Source: Macrostomum lignano (taxonomy: Eukaryota). Taken from it: a DNA stretch of 64,000 bases. Positions 1 to 11,118 of the stretch are shown here, piece after piece (the stretch's first letter is position 1; every line of letters begins with the position of its first letter). Below the pieces are notes generated by a model that was given only the letters and a program-made list of their open reading frames with translations, was not told the origin of the DNA and made no database searches. The stretch is from positions 1-64,000 of the forward strand of contig NIVC01002263.1 in the NCBI GenBank assembly GCA_002269645.1. The letters are read 5' to 3'. The position numbers and the translations under genes are program-made.

Positions 1-1453
1 AATCCGAATCCGAAAAAAGTCTTACTTTTATAGGAATCCGAATGTTTCGGATTCGGAATTTTTTTTTCCGAATATTTCCGAATGTGCTTCTAAAATTCAA
101 ATCTAATATAAATATTACAAATCAGGAAACCAAAGCATGCAACCGTTAAATAAAGAAACTAAAAACTAAAAAGAAAGAAAATTAAAAGGCAAAGAGCAAA
201 ATATATCACATTATTCTTTTTTTTCTACGATTGTCTATTTTTGCAGCAATATATGTTTAAAAAAAGTTAAATAAGTAAATTTACTAAACCTAGGGACCCG
301 TAAGACAATAAACCTAAAGTTACGGAAATATTTTGGTAATTATTGTTTAAGTGTAATAACAGGTTTTTTCAAAATGCAAAATTGCAACTGCACCCCTGGG
401 CCTTTTCATATTGCTTGCTCTGGTTCTAGAACCAGAACCAATTTGTGAAGTATAACTTTTTGTCTCCATAACTAGAGGGAGATACATGCTATAAGTTTTA
501 TTATTATTGAATGACAATTGCCAAGAAGAAAGTGAAAAATTGTGCTAAGTTAGGTTGTTAAGGCAGTCAAATATTAACAGAGTTTAATAGTTATATTGCT
601 GTTTTTCTTGGAATTCCGAACCGATTCTGGTTCTGGAATTGGTAATATGAAAAGGCCCTGGGTCACATGGACTGTACGTACGTACGGTAAAATTATCATA
701 ATTGCACTGTATATATATGTCACTCATTAGCTATAGTCAGTAGTACTAGAATTAGATGTTCATGTAACACGGTAGAAGTAGAACTGAATTTCCTATTTAA
801 GTCCGTCTCTTTAAATTTGGTTTCGCGATGGATATCAGTAAAGGTCGGACAAGCAGAAGATTTTGGTCATGCGTGAATTTTTTAAAGTCAGGCGTGATCG
901 TGATCGTGAATTTATATTAGCATTCATGTATATTGAGCTCGTAAGTTACAAGTGTTGAAAATAACAAACAAGAAAAGAAATCATATACTCGTATATTGAT
1001 AATAGCTACTCGGCCGTAATGCTGTCAAGTCAACAAATTTAAAATTTATTAATTCTTTACACATTCGTGTTCACGTTTTTTGGTAAATCAAATAGAAAAG
1101 TTATATTTCTAATAAAAATGTAAGCAGAAATTCACAACCGTTGGAACAGGTTTCAACAAAATCACTATCGTGAAAAATGGTCCTGAATTCACAATTGTGA
1201 TCACATCCGACCCCTAAGATAAAATTACGAGTACGAATATAAGCCCAGGAGAGATGGAATCTTGTCAGTCAATTTATGTGCGCACTAATTAGATGACGAG
1301 ACATTTTCTTAAATTAAGAGTCATAGTTACTCCCGCCATTTACCTTACACTTTTTGCTTACATTCGGAAACATTCAGATTCGGATTCGGATTTTTTTGTA
1401 CATTCGGATTCGGTTTTGGAAACTTGCAAAAATCCACATTCGGTCCATCACTA
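1..1453. mobile_element. Non-autonomous hAT-like DNA transposon, right end only (left end lies before the window)
   Basis: Clustered CCGAAT/ATTCGG subterminal hexamers at 1-85 and in inverse orientation at 1360-1445. Terminus CCATCACTA (1445-1453) reads TAGTGATGG on the other strand, a hAT-type end. No transposase; TSD cannot be checked. Confidence 0.5.
399..657. mobile_element. PIF/Harbinger-type MITE (259 bp) nested in the hAT-like element
   Basis: Perfect 14-bp TIR GGCCTTTTCATATT (399-412) / AATATGAAAAGGCC (644-657). 3-bp TSD CTG at 396-398 and 658-660. Subterminal TCTGGTTC repeats. Confidence 0.8.
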
Positions 1454-2386
1454 GTCTGGTAGCGCCTTATGTATTAGTCTAGTAGTGTTCTTAGTATATG
1501 GCCTGAGCAGTCTTACTGGTATATATACTTTCTCTATCCAGTCTGGGCATTACCAAGATTAGAGGGTCACAGCGATTATTCTTAATACTGCTTTTGCATG
1601 AATTCCCAAATTTTCTCTCTCTATTCTTTAGTACACTTTTTTCAAAACACTCTTAGAATCTCTTACTGGTACAATGAATAATACTTTGAAGATCTGAGAA
1701 CATGTATTATTGAACTAGCTGTAACAATTTAATTCGCAAGAGCAAGTTGACTTCTTCTTCCCTAAACTTTGCTCCTATTTATACTAATTGTGACAAGTAT
1801 ATTTAAACAAAAGGCTATTATTTGAGAATATTTAGAAAAGTAAAACAACATATAAAAATTTTACGTGTACATTTGAAATAAAGCCTTTCTAGGAAACCCT
1901 ACCACAACCTTCCTCCTCTTACTATAAATTTTGAACAATGAAGCACAGTGAAAAATTTATAAAAACTCAATTAAGTACAAGTACAATGCACACATAATCA
2001 TAGGTAAGTATGAACAAGCAAAACAAAAATTAAGCAATCATTCAGTACAGTGAAAAGGTTATAAAACTTAATAATACATAAAATGAAATGCACACACAGT
2101 CATAGGTAGTTTGTAAACATATTAAGCAAAAATCTAGATAATCACACTGAAAGAAACTAAGTAAAAGTGCAAAGTAATGCTAGAACATTGGTGCAAAAAG
2201 AAAAATAGGCATGTGATGTGTAAGGTGCAAGGCAAAAATATAAGCGCTAAACAGACATATAGTTCAAGGAAAGTTTAAAAGTTTGGATAAGAGTTCACTA
2301 AAAGTTAATAGTTCAAAGTGTTCAGATCAAAAGTTCATACTTCAGGTTCAGAAATCACAATAACGTGGTAGCTTCCGATAAAAAGG

Positions 2387-3190
2387 CTAGCCGATCTGGC
2401 CCTGGATGAAGCACCAATGGAGCTCGATGGAGAGCAGTAGGCGCTGCGCCGGCTGGGCATCACTATGGAGCATTTGCTGCAGCCGTTCGGCTATCTCCTG
2501 GAGTACTGCCACTGCTTCTTGGTGAGTGAATTGCTCCCAGAGAGTCCAAGGGTGTGGCCAAATCTGAGATCGCTGCGGCAGTGCTTCATCAAGCTGCAAG
2601 AATGCGATGCGCAGCAAGTATTGTTGAATGCTGTGGCGCGGCGCTCAACTTCGGCGCCTCTGGTCTCAATCAGCTGACAGACAATGTTGTGGTGATCTTG
2701 AGGCATTGACGGCCTTGCCGCTGGGAGATCGCGCTGGCGGAGCAGGCGGGCGAGATGATCGCGGCCGGGCGGATGATCTTCCTAAGGGCGGCGCCTCCAC
2801 TGGAACTGCCATCTGCATAGAGTGACTGCAGGCGCCCCCGCCCTTCATTATGCAGGACTTGATAGGTGTAGCAGCTTGGCGCTCTAGCAATGCGGCCCTC
2901 TTTTCTTCAGGCTTGGTTGCTGGTCTCTTGGCGGACAGTGAACGTGGCCTCGATGCTTAGATGCTGAGTTTCCACCAGCACTTGGCGGCTTTGGGCGAGT
3001 CTGCTGTCTTAGCGGAGCCTCATTCTCTTGGCGCTCCCGACGTTCTCATTTGAGTCGCTCTTGCTCTCATTGCTCTCGTTCTTGATTCTCTCGATCTTGC
3101 TGTGCTTGCTGTCCTTGCTCTTGAGGCTCTTGCTGATCGTTGTCCTCCAGCAGTGCTTGTAGAAATGAGTCAATATCATCATTGTTATTC
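2387..3190 (-). pseudogene. Degenerate Q/E/R-rich coding remnant, probably transposon-derived
   Basis: Minus frame NDDIDSFLQALLEDNDQQEPQEQGQQAQQDRENQEREQ*EQERLK*ERRERQ with in-frame TGA stops and frameshifts; GC-rich island in AT-rich DNA. No recognisable domain. Confidence 0.3.
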
Positions 3191-3763
3191 ATGTCTACGC
3201 ACAGTTCTTAGTATAATTCTTTGCAGGGATCTTAGAATTGCTCTTTGGATGTGTGAAATATGGTATCCTGCTAGCGTCAGGGCATTCGTATTTATAGGCT
3301 GGCAGCCAAAAAGCTGGACCGCATAATTGTGTTCCACGCGGGCCTCAAGTGGGGGGTGCTCGGGTTGGCAGATTTGACACTTCGATTTTTATAGATTTTC
3401 TTTAGATTTTTATAACTTTTTTATTTTTTAAGATTTTTCTTAAGTAATATGTCATATGAAAGCTTACATTTAGCAGAATAATATGGTTTTTCAGATTTGT
3501 TCTATGTACAACAGGTCAAATTTTATAGGCAAATAACTATTACTAATATGAAATTTTAACTAATTTACACTGGTTTCAATGGCAATTCCCTGACGTCATT
3601 ACCCTATTGTTCCAAATATCGCGCGTAGCACCTTTAGGGCACGAATCCGTTCACACCTTGCTGAGTCACTCTATCGCCTCGTGGTCTTAGATTATACCTT
3701 TCTACTGGCTGAGCTTCCTCATCTAACTCTATTGCTCCTTCCTCTTCTGATGGCTCATCTGAG

Positions 3764-4200
3764 TCAGTCACTCTCTGTATTCTCACTATTCAATTCTTCA
3801 TTTCCTTCATTTTCACTCTGCGAATTATTATCTGCAAACACTCTCCATTGAATTCTGTCTTTTTTGTCTGAGCTTTCCTCCTCTAAAATTTGAACTTCTG
3901 GAATTCTAACTTCTTTTTGTCCATGGCAAATTCTTTTCTTCGACTGTGGCGGTTCCTTCTTCTTAGTTTGTACTATTGCTAGTTCTAAATTGTTATTAAT
4001 TTCTTCGGATAAATTAATTTTGGATTTTGGCACTGGAGTCAGATTATTTCTATGTTTCTCTTCAAACAACTTTGCAAATTCTCATAGCTTCTCCTCGAAA
4101 TCTATCTTCATTTCATCTCATCTCAACAACTTCTCGACTCAATATCTCAACTCGACCTTGACCTCTCGAAAGCTTCTCTGCTAAACTCATGCCAGCTACA
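3764..4200 (-). pseudogene. Degenerate coiled-coil/acidic ORF remnant, probably from a retroelement
   Basis: Broken frames SLAEKLSRGQGRVEILSREVVEM / IDFEEKL*EFAKLFEEKHRNN... continuing into track ORF 3764-4069. No domain identified. Confidence 0.25.
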
Positions 4201-4316
4201 GCTCTACTGTCACGGGTCCTACAACTCTTAACTAATTCTCAAATCTCGAATCTCCTTCCACTATCTCAGTTTGGCCTCGTCAGTAGAATCGTAGAGATTC
4301 TGTATTAATCTGCTCT

Positions 4317-4988
4317 TTAGGCCTTACTGCCCTTCCTCTCTTGCATGGCCTGACTTTCTGAACCTTTCTTGGCTCTTCTGAAAGCATCATTGGCCTTTTC
4401 TTTCTGCTTTGGCCAATCCGCATTGGTCAAATATTGTTGACAACGCCTCAACAGCTCTCTGTACTCATCAGCACCACCATGACAGGCAAATCGCTCAATC
4501 AGACACTGCTTGACCTCCTCGTAACTGGCAAAACGTGGAAGATTCATACTAAGCAAGGAAGGATATGCAGTAGCCAAATCCAGACTCGCAATGAGGTGTT
4601 GTTTCATCTCGAACGGGTCAACGATGTGCTCCATCTTGCAATGCTGCTCAAACGCGGCAAGCCAGACATGAATGTCCTGACTTGGAGTAAATTTCACAAT
4701 TTTAACTTGTTTACTCTCAGGCCGCTCCATCTGCTGCTGCAGAGCTGCCATCATGGTCCTCATGTCCTGGTGCGTGATGTTCCGGCCGATGTTGTCCAGG
4801 CCTTGCAGAAGCTCGTCTGGCGGGTCGTTGGAAATGTCACTTCTTGCACCTTGCCTCGGCGTCGGCTGCTGACCAAAGTTGTTGATCGCTGCTGCTGCTG
4901 CGGCGGCATCTGCTGCTGCAGGCCTCAAACTGCTAATGTGCTGATCCAGCCGGCTGCTGCACTGGCTCTCGTCTCGTTCATTGAACAT
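4317..4988 (-). mobile_element. Ty3/Gypsy-type gag (capsid), truncated
   Basis: KFTPSQDIHVWLAAFEQHC resembles the retrotransposon gag capsid F-x(4)-D-x(3)-W-x(2)-FE motif. It lies just downstream of an LTR end and PBS. The first ATG is at 4988; the track's GTG start at 5141 falls inside the PBS. Confidence 0.65.
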
Positions 4989-5123
4989 GTTGAACTCGTA
5001 GTAGTTACTGGCCAATGTCGTTCTCAAAAGAGCGGTTGGCTTGGGTGTGTCGTAGTTGGATCCCACCACTGCGTCACCAGTGTTGTACTTGGGGGTTTTC
5101 TCGGGGTGGCCTGGTAGGTCTTT

Positions 5124-5143
5124 GAATCCCACTGCTGCCACCA
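5124..5143 (-). other. Primer-binding site complementary to tRNA-Leu 3' end
   Basis: Minus strand TGGTGGCAGCAGTGGGATTC vs recalled complement of metazoan tRNA-Leu(AAG/TAG)+CCA, TGGTGGCAGCGGTGGGATTC (19/20; the mismatch is CpG-type). It starts 1 nt after the LTR end ...TACAACA. Confidence 0.8.
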
Positions 5144-5144
5144 G

Positions 5145-6122
5145 TGTTGTACCTGTGGTTGTCCTGCTGTAAAGCGCAGTGACTTGGGCTCCGTCCTCTC
5201 ACTTAGAAGCCTTCTTAACTTTAGTAGCATAGGTAGTGCTGCCACTAGTTCCTTTAGGTCTCGGCCTTCGGTGAGGTAAGCTTCCCATCGGAACAAAATA
5301 ACAAAGTCAACGAACACAGCACCTAGTGCAGAATTGCAGTTCAACGAACTAGGCGTCTCATCAACAGTACCTGCCAGGCTTGGATGGTAGAGGGAGGGCT
5401 GAGTTAGTCTCTCGTAGGCTTGGGCGCTTTAGTTGGGTCTCAGTCAGACCAATACGAACAGACTCAATGTATGCAAAGACTCAGACACTCAGGACGTGAT
5501 CTCGGGAAGAACAAGACTAGCATAGAACTAGACACCTTGATGGAAACAAGGGGGAGAGGGCTCCTATTTATAGCTGGGAAACACCCACGCAGAAGACCCT
5601 CGTGACTCATTCTATTTTTAGAACTGATGTCACTCGAGAGTCTTGGGCAAGGTACAAGCGTGCGGAAGACCTTGTGACTTGTTCTATTTTTAGAACTGAC
5701 GTCACTTGAGGCCCCCAGCCAGAGTACACGCGGCTGTGACTCAGTTGCTATTTTTAGCAACATGAGTCACTCCTCTCCTTAGAGAAGGAAGGGGTCCGAA
5801 AGCACGTGACTCACCCAGTAAACAGGGCCAACAGTGCAGTAAACATGTTTACTGCACTTTGAGACTGAAGAACGCAGAGTCTGTCATGTGACTTGCTCAT
5901 ATGACAGAGGAAAACGGGACAGGAACAAAACAGAGACAGCCCACACCAAAGAAGCTAAGGGCTGAGAACGAAGATGCAGAAGGCCAGAACAGGCCAAGGG
6001 CAGCAGCAGACAAACAAAAGGGAGGGGCGGGAAGCTGACCAGCGGCAGATAGCAACCCAGGGCGAAGGCAAGGGAACAACTGACAAGGGCGACGCCTAAC
6101 CATAAACTAGCGGCTCACTACA
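5145..6122 (-). mobile_element. 5' LTR (~980 bp) of a Gypsy-like element
   Basis: Minus strand begins TGTAGT (6122) and ends ACAACA (5145), immediately followed by the PBS. Internal TATAAATAG at about 5564-5572. The PBS-side boundary is firm; the far boundary is inferred; no partner LTR found. Confidence 0.6.
5564..5813. promoter_or_regulatory. LTR enhancer/promoter with repeated AP-1, MEF2 and CRE consensus sites
   Basis: CTA(W)4TAG at 5564, 5612, 5684, 5748. TGA(C/G)TCA at 5603, 5737, 5763, 5807. TGACGTCA at 5697; TGATGTCA at 5625. Confidence 0.55.
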
Positions 6123-6409
6123 AATTCTAATGCTTTAATGTTTTTTATTATGCTTTTTAGACTTTTTAAATGCTAAAAAACATTTTAGCAATGAGAAAAT
6201 AATTTAATAAATAGTTTTATATCTGTATATAAGATCCAATTAAATGTGCTCATGAGCCACTGAAAACTAGATAGCATACCTAACAAGCCAAACAAACAAC
6301 TTCATTTGGGAGTACAAGATCTGTTAGCCAAAGTTTGCTAGTGAGAAATTTGCTTGCCAAAATCTGCTAGCCAAAATCTACTAGTTGAAATCTGCTAGAC
6401 AAAATATAC

Positions 6410-6900
6410 TAACCAAAGTCAAGAAATAGTGACCTTCCCTTAGCTTGTTAATTAAATCCTCATATAGCAGTAGATACATGGTGTTAGGTTAGGACCTGCT
6501 AAGGTTAGCATTGAGCCTTTAATAGTCTATGGCAAGCCTGAGCCATCCATCTTTTTCTTGGCACAAATGATTCGAATGGCCCAGGGTAACAAACTTGGCT
6601 ATATCAGCCCAGTGTCTAATAGTTTATTGATTTTATACCACACTTCCCCTTCTTCAATCAGAGAGCTAGTGCACTTTTGTATATTAGGGGACAGCTACTG
6701 GTTTCAGCCATGTTATATGCAATATTGACTAATAGCAAACTCCTATCTTCTTTCTATATCATGTAATCAAACTTCTCCAATAGAGCATTAATTTCTTTCT
6801 GCTACTCCTCTGGGAGATCTGGGCTCACCTTGTAAAAAAACCTTCCCTTTTATATATAGTGACTGCTTTCTCTATTTGGGCCAAGCTCAATGATACAATT
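6410..6900 (-). pseudogene. Ty3/Gypsy reverse transcriptase N-terminal remnant
   Basis: Across frameshifts: EEGEVWYKINKLLDTGLI*PSLLPWAIRIICAKK-KDGWLRLAIDY*RLNA ... DLINKLREGHYFLTL, matching the Gypsy RT start (L..G.I.PS.SPW...V.KKDG..R..IDYR.LN ... D.L..L.G..YF..LD). Confidence 0.75.
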
Positions 6901-8159
6901 GTAGAGGCTTGGGCAATGGTATCAGTGAGTCCCCTCCATTAGCTATAGCCAGATTTGCACTGCCACAAAAACTCTAGGTCACTCTACTGCTTGTGGCCAC
7001 CCATAGTGGCCTTAATGACTAGGCCCAAATGCTCTCAAAATGTAATCCAAGCTAGCAAGGACATGTCTTTGCCAAAACTGCAATTCAGCCTATATTCATG
7101 CAACTGGCATAGTGCAAAGGATGATTTGTCACTGGACATAACACATAACTTGTTTCCACCAATGTGAAGACTTGAAAATGCAAAGTTTGTCAATATCAAT
7201 ACTAGCAATGGACCAGCTTACAAGCCAAGATGCATATGTTTATCTTACTTTGCATATTTGCAACAACTTCTTCATGTTCATTTGCAACCTAGGGGTACAC
7301 AGCATATACTGTGTCTTATCACCTTCTGCTTATGACAATGGACTCATTTCTAAGAAAGAGAACATTTTTATATCAGACTAACATTTCCATGGTAGCAATG
7401 TTTGAAACAATTTATTTTAATTGTAAGGCCTGTTTATAAGTAACTTTTGCATTAAAAAATTCATAAATTTTCTAGGCACAAAATATTTTCTATTCATATT
7501 TTGGAAGAAAAGTTCTTGTCTATATTTTGGATGACAAAAAATCTTATGCAGGCTACCATGTGCCAAATTTCTCTTATTGAGTAGGGATTATACCATTGGC
7601 AGTGTGGGCTTTGTTTGAGGAAAGAAAAGAGGAAAATAATAATAAAGAAAAAAGATGAGAAAATTATTAGGCCTTTATGTTCAAGGCCCCTTAAGTCATT
7701 TAAATTGCTCTGTCTATGCATTGCAAAAAGAAGCATGCATATAAAAATGTATCATGCATTTCATTATTAAAAAATCTTATTCTCTATATTTTTTATGCAA
7801 TATTGTTCATAAGTTCAAATATCATATTCATTTTGTAACACTACAATGATCATTGTTAAATTCATAATCATTTGTGACTGACGACTAGAGTCTTGGAACT
7901 CTGGAAGTTTAATATAATTCAAATGCATATTTAGTATTTTAGAAAATATTTTATTGATACCAATTGGCTCCTAGAATTTTATTTTGGTCCATCAATTTTT
8001 TAGACTTAGAGTGCCACTAGACACCATATGGTTCTGACAAAAGTCTTAGGTTAGAGATGTACTAAACTGCCTACATTGGAATTAAACATCTTCAATAAAC
8101 AATAACTGCATGCCAGCACAGCACCTGTCCAGCCCCCACACCTTAGCAACTGGTCCGTT

Positions 8160-8708
8160 ATGCTCCAGCAGCCCCCCGAGTCGCCAGACGAGTCGCCAGA
8201 GGATGAGGTGAGCATACCTCGGGCGGCGTTAAACAAATTCATCAAAGAGGTGGCGCCAGAAGCCAGAGTAACCAACGACGCCAGGGACCTGTTAATCGCC
8301 TGCTGCAACGAGTTCATCCATCGCCTAGCAACCGAATCTAACAGAGTGTGCGGCCAGAGCAATAAGAAAACTATTAATCCGGATCACGTGCTGCAGGCGC
8401 TCGGCTGCCTGGGCCTTGCCGAATACCGCGGCGAAGCCGAAGAGGCCGGACAGGGCGCTAAGCGCGAAGTTGTTGAACGGCGCAAACAGACAGCCAGCTA
8501 TAAGTTCAAGAATTCCGGCCTGAGCTACGAGGAGCTGCTCAGCTTGCAGACGGAGATGTTTGCCAAAGCCCAGGCGCAGATGCTGCAGGAGACAGACGCT
8601 GTGACTGAAGAGGACGCCAGGCAGTTGCAGGAGGCCGCCGCTCTGGACGCGGCCGCTGGCGGAGCCGCAGCTGCAGCTGGCGGGTCAGCAGATGACGAGT
8701 ATGATTGA
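8160..8708 (+). CDS. DR1: Negative cofactor 2 beta / Dr1 (TBP-binding histone-fold repressor), intronless, 182 aa
   Basis: EDEVSIPRAALNKFIKEVAPEARVTNDARDLLIACCNEFIH...KKTINPDHVLQALGCLG...LLSLQTEMFAKA matches Dr1/NC2beta, including the Q/A-rich region and acidic tail. ORF intact. Confidence 0.95.
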   Translation: MLQQPPESPDESPEDEVSIPRAALNKFIKEVAPEARVTNDARDLLIACCNEFIHRLATESNRVCGQSNKKTINPDHVLQALGCLGLAEYRGEAEEAGQGAKREVVERRKQTASYKFKNSGLSYEELLSLQTEMFAKAQAQMLQETDAVTEEDARQLQEAAALDAAAGGAAAAAGGSADDEYD

Positions 8709-10089
8709 GTCGGCCGTGACCCATCCCGCTGGGAACCTATGGGGAACTTAAGCCTATGTAGCCTTGTGTATTGAGAGAGTGGGCAGTTTTCAGTAGTTGC
8801 TAAGACACTTGGGTGTGGTTAAATCCAGGTGAGACTTGGTTTCCTTTACTTTCATTGTTGCTTGTTTGATGACAGTAGACTTACTATGTCTATTAAAAAT
8901 GTTCTGCAACTTCAATATCGTATTGCTAATCCGTTAATTCTCTTTTCATTCGCTATTAGATTATCTTTGTTTGTCCTTCTTTAGCCCTGGATAATTAATT
9001 CTACCTGTTTCTGACTTACTGCAAATCCATGAACAGCTAGAAGGAGTAGACCGGTTGAAAATGTTCCCAAGACAAAAATCGCTAAAGTGTCATTGCAAAC
9101 AACTCCCTGGTTTCTCTAGGGCCGACTTTTATGACTTAGCGACGAGCGCATCACGTAAGTTGCAGATGCGTAAGAGTCGCGAGAAATTCGTCCAAGAGAG
9201 CAAGTTTTCTGTTTCATTTCGAATTCGCACTCCCAAATAACCGATTAGGATAGGAACAAAATGAAATTTCGACCCAACTTTGCTGCCTTGCCGGTCTCCG
9301 GTAGCATATTTCATAAAAAAAACCTTGCTCAGACAAAACGCATACTGGCTTCATTTGTGATGCTGAAGTCCAGAATGTGAGGGATTAAGAATTCTGTCTC
9401 GCCAAGGAAGAAAATTCTTCAGTTAAAAACTGATTAGTCAAGTTAATTTTTCTTAACTGGAAATTTTCTCTGGCTGTTCCTTCTGTTAGAATTATCTATT
9501 ATTATAATTTATTATTATAATCTCCTGGTTAACTTTTCATTGTAAGTAAAAATGCTTTGCTTACTACTCATAGCGACTAGCGAGTTTCAGGATCACTAGA
9601 AGTAGAAGGATGAGACACCTGGTCTCTAACTGCCGTGCCTGGACTCGCCATTCTCGCCATGTAACTTAAAATAATCTATAGCAAATAAATGCTTATCATA
9701 ATATATATTCTATCTGCCTGCCAGTGTGCGTGTCCCGTGTCCTGTTCCAGCGGGTGCATTTTTAGCAATGCTTAAAAAATCTGCACCTTCTTGTTTGTCA
9801 ATTATATTACTATCACTATGTTATTTTGTAATGTGCTTCAGTTTCTAAAAAATGGTGTTTCAAGTTGAAAATGTATGCGAACACATATATAAATATGTAT
9901 TTTACACGATTGGTAATTTGTTTGCCATTATTTCTACACGTTGGTCGTTTAAGAATCGATATTTATTATAATAGTCGAATGTCATCAGTTGCCCGAGGTA
10001 ATTATCAGTCAGTTGCTTGTACTGTAAACTGCTTGTAAACAGGCATTTTTACTACTAACTATATAGATATACAAGTACACCGACATCTC

Positions 10090-10446
10090 GCTTCCAGCCC
10101 ATAAGGTTCATTGATAGAGCGCCTCATAGAGTACTCGGTGCCCTAGCCTTGATTTAGCTGCAGGGGGCTCCGGGCATCCGGATACAGCAGGGGAGGCGTT
10201 GCCGCCCAGTCCGCTAAACCCCTGGCGACCACGGGCAGCTGGTGCTGTGGTGTCGCGCACGGAGATCCGGTGGTGTCGGTGTCCGCAGCGCGGTCCCCCC
10301 CCCACCCCAGAGTCCAGGAGGTGGATGGTCGCTCACCTGGTAGCCCTCAGGTAGCGGACAAGCTGGTAGAGGTTTGGGAAGAGGTAGGTAAACCTGTCCT
10401 GAGTAAAGGCGGGGCATTCGCAGGTGAAGTGCTCCACATTCTCAAC
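10090..10446 (-). mobile_element. 3' fragment of a non-LTR retrotransposon (ORF2 C-terminal C/H motif plus 3' UTR)
   Basis: Minus frame 10446-10333 VENVEHFTCECPAFTQDRFTYLFPNLYQLVRYLRATR*, the same E-x-x-EH-x(3,4)-CP...R...L..Y/F..T/S-x-R type of terminus as the LINE at 12490. No TSD found. Confidence 0.6.
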
Positions 10447-10689
10447 ATGAGATAGGGAGACGATGCTATGGCCGTAAAGAAATAAAGCATTAATTATGTA
10501 CCAATTTTCAAGGGCTATAACTCGTGTACCTAACAGGAGTCAATTAATTATGGAATCTTGCAGCTATCTAAAAATACCTGGAGGAGGGGAGTACAGCCTA
10601 TTGAAAGCGCAAATAACTACTAAGATTAGATATACTTTTAGTTAGAGGCAGGAGGCTGTGTGGCTGTGTGTGCGCACTTTAAGCGACAT

Positions 10690-10967
10690 TGTCACACAAC
10701 CGATGAGAGGCATTACTGCCCATTCCGCCGACTCCCCTGAGCAAGCACACACACAGAAGTGTACAGCGGCCCTAACTGTTTTTTCGTTAGGCATGTACAC
10801 TTCACTGTGCTTTCGGGTTGGCCTTCAAGGGCGTTAATTGCGCACGAGCAGAGCCGAGTCGAGATTCCAATTTAGCCCCAAATTAATGTGACTGCACTTG
10901 GAATCGAGCCTGGGCCACTGGTACATCAGAGCGCCGCATCAGACCACTGGGCTAAGCCCCCCCCCCC
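10690..10967 (-). mobile_element. tRNA-derived SINE
   Basis: Pol III A box TAGCCCAGTGG (10954-10944) and B box GGCTCGATTCC (10910-10900) followed by a non-tRNA body. The body shares GGGTTGGCCyTCAmGG with the copy at 22345. 3' boundary approximate. Confidence 0.6.
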
Positions 10968-11118
10968 AAATAAATTCATCCATGTTTATATTGAATAAAA
11001 AATGCGTCTTCATTTTTATACCTAGTAGTAGTAGTAGCAAATAATTCTACTTTCCAATCAGTAGTATGATTCAACCCCAACAACAGACTTATTATTTATA
11101 TTATGCATGCTAAAAGCG

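Noticed and set aside
5024-5344. 106-aa ORF as a gag N-terminus
   Set aside because: It lies within the inferred LTR and crosses the LTR end and PBS.
10471-10480. GCCGTAAAGA, resembling my recollection of a flatworm spliced-leader 5' end
   Set aside because: Only ~10 nt match, with no following SL body, donor or Sm site; the recalled sequence is unverified.
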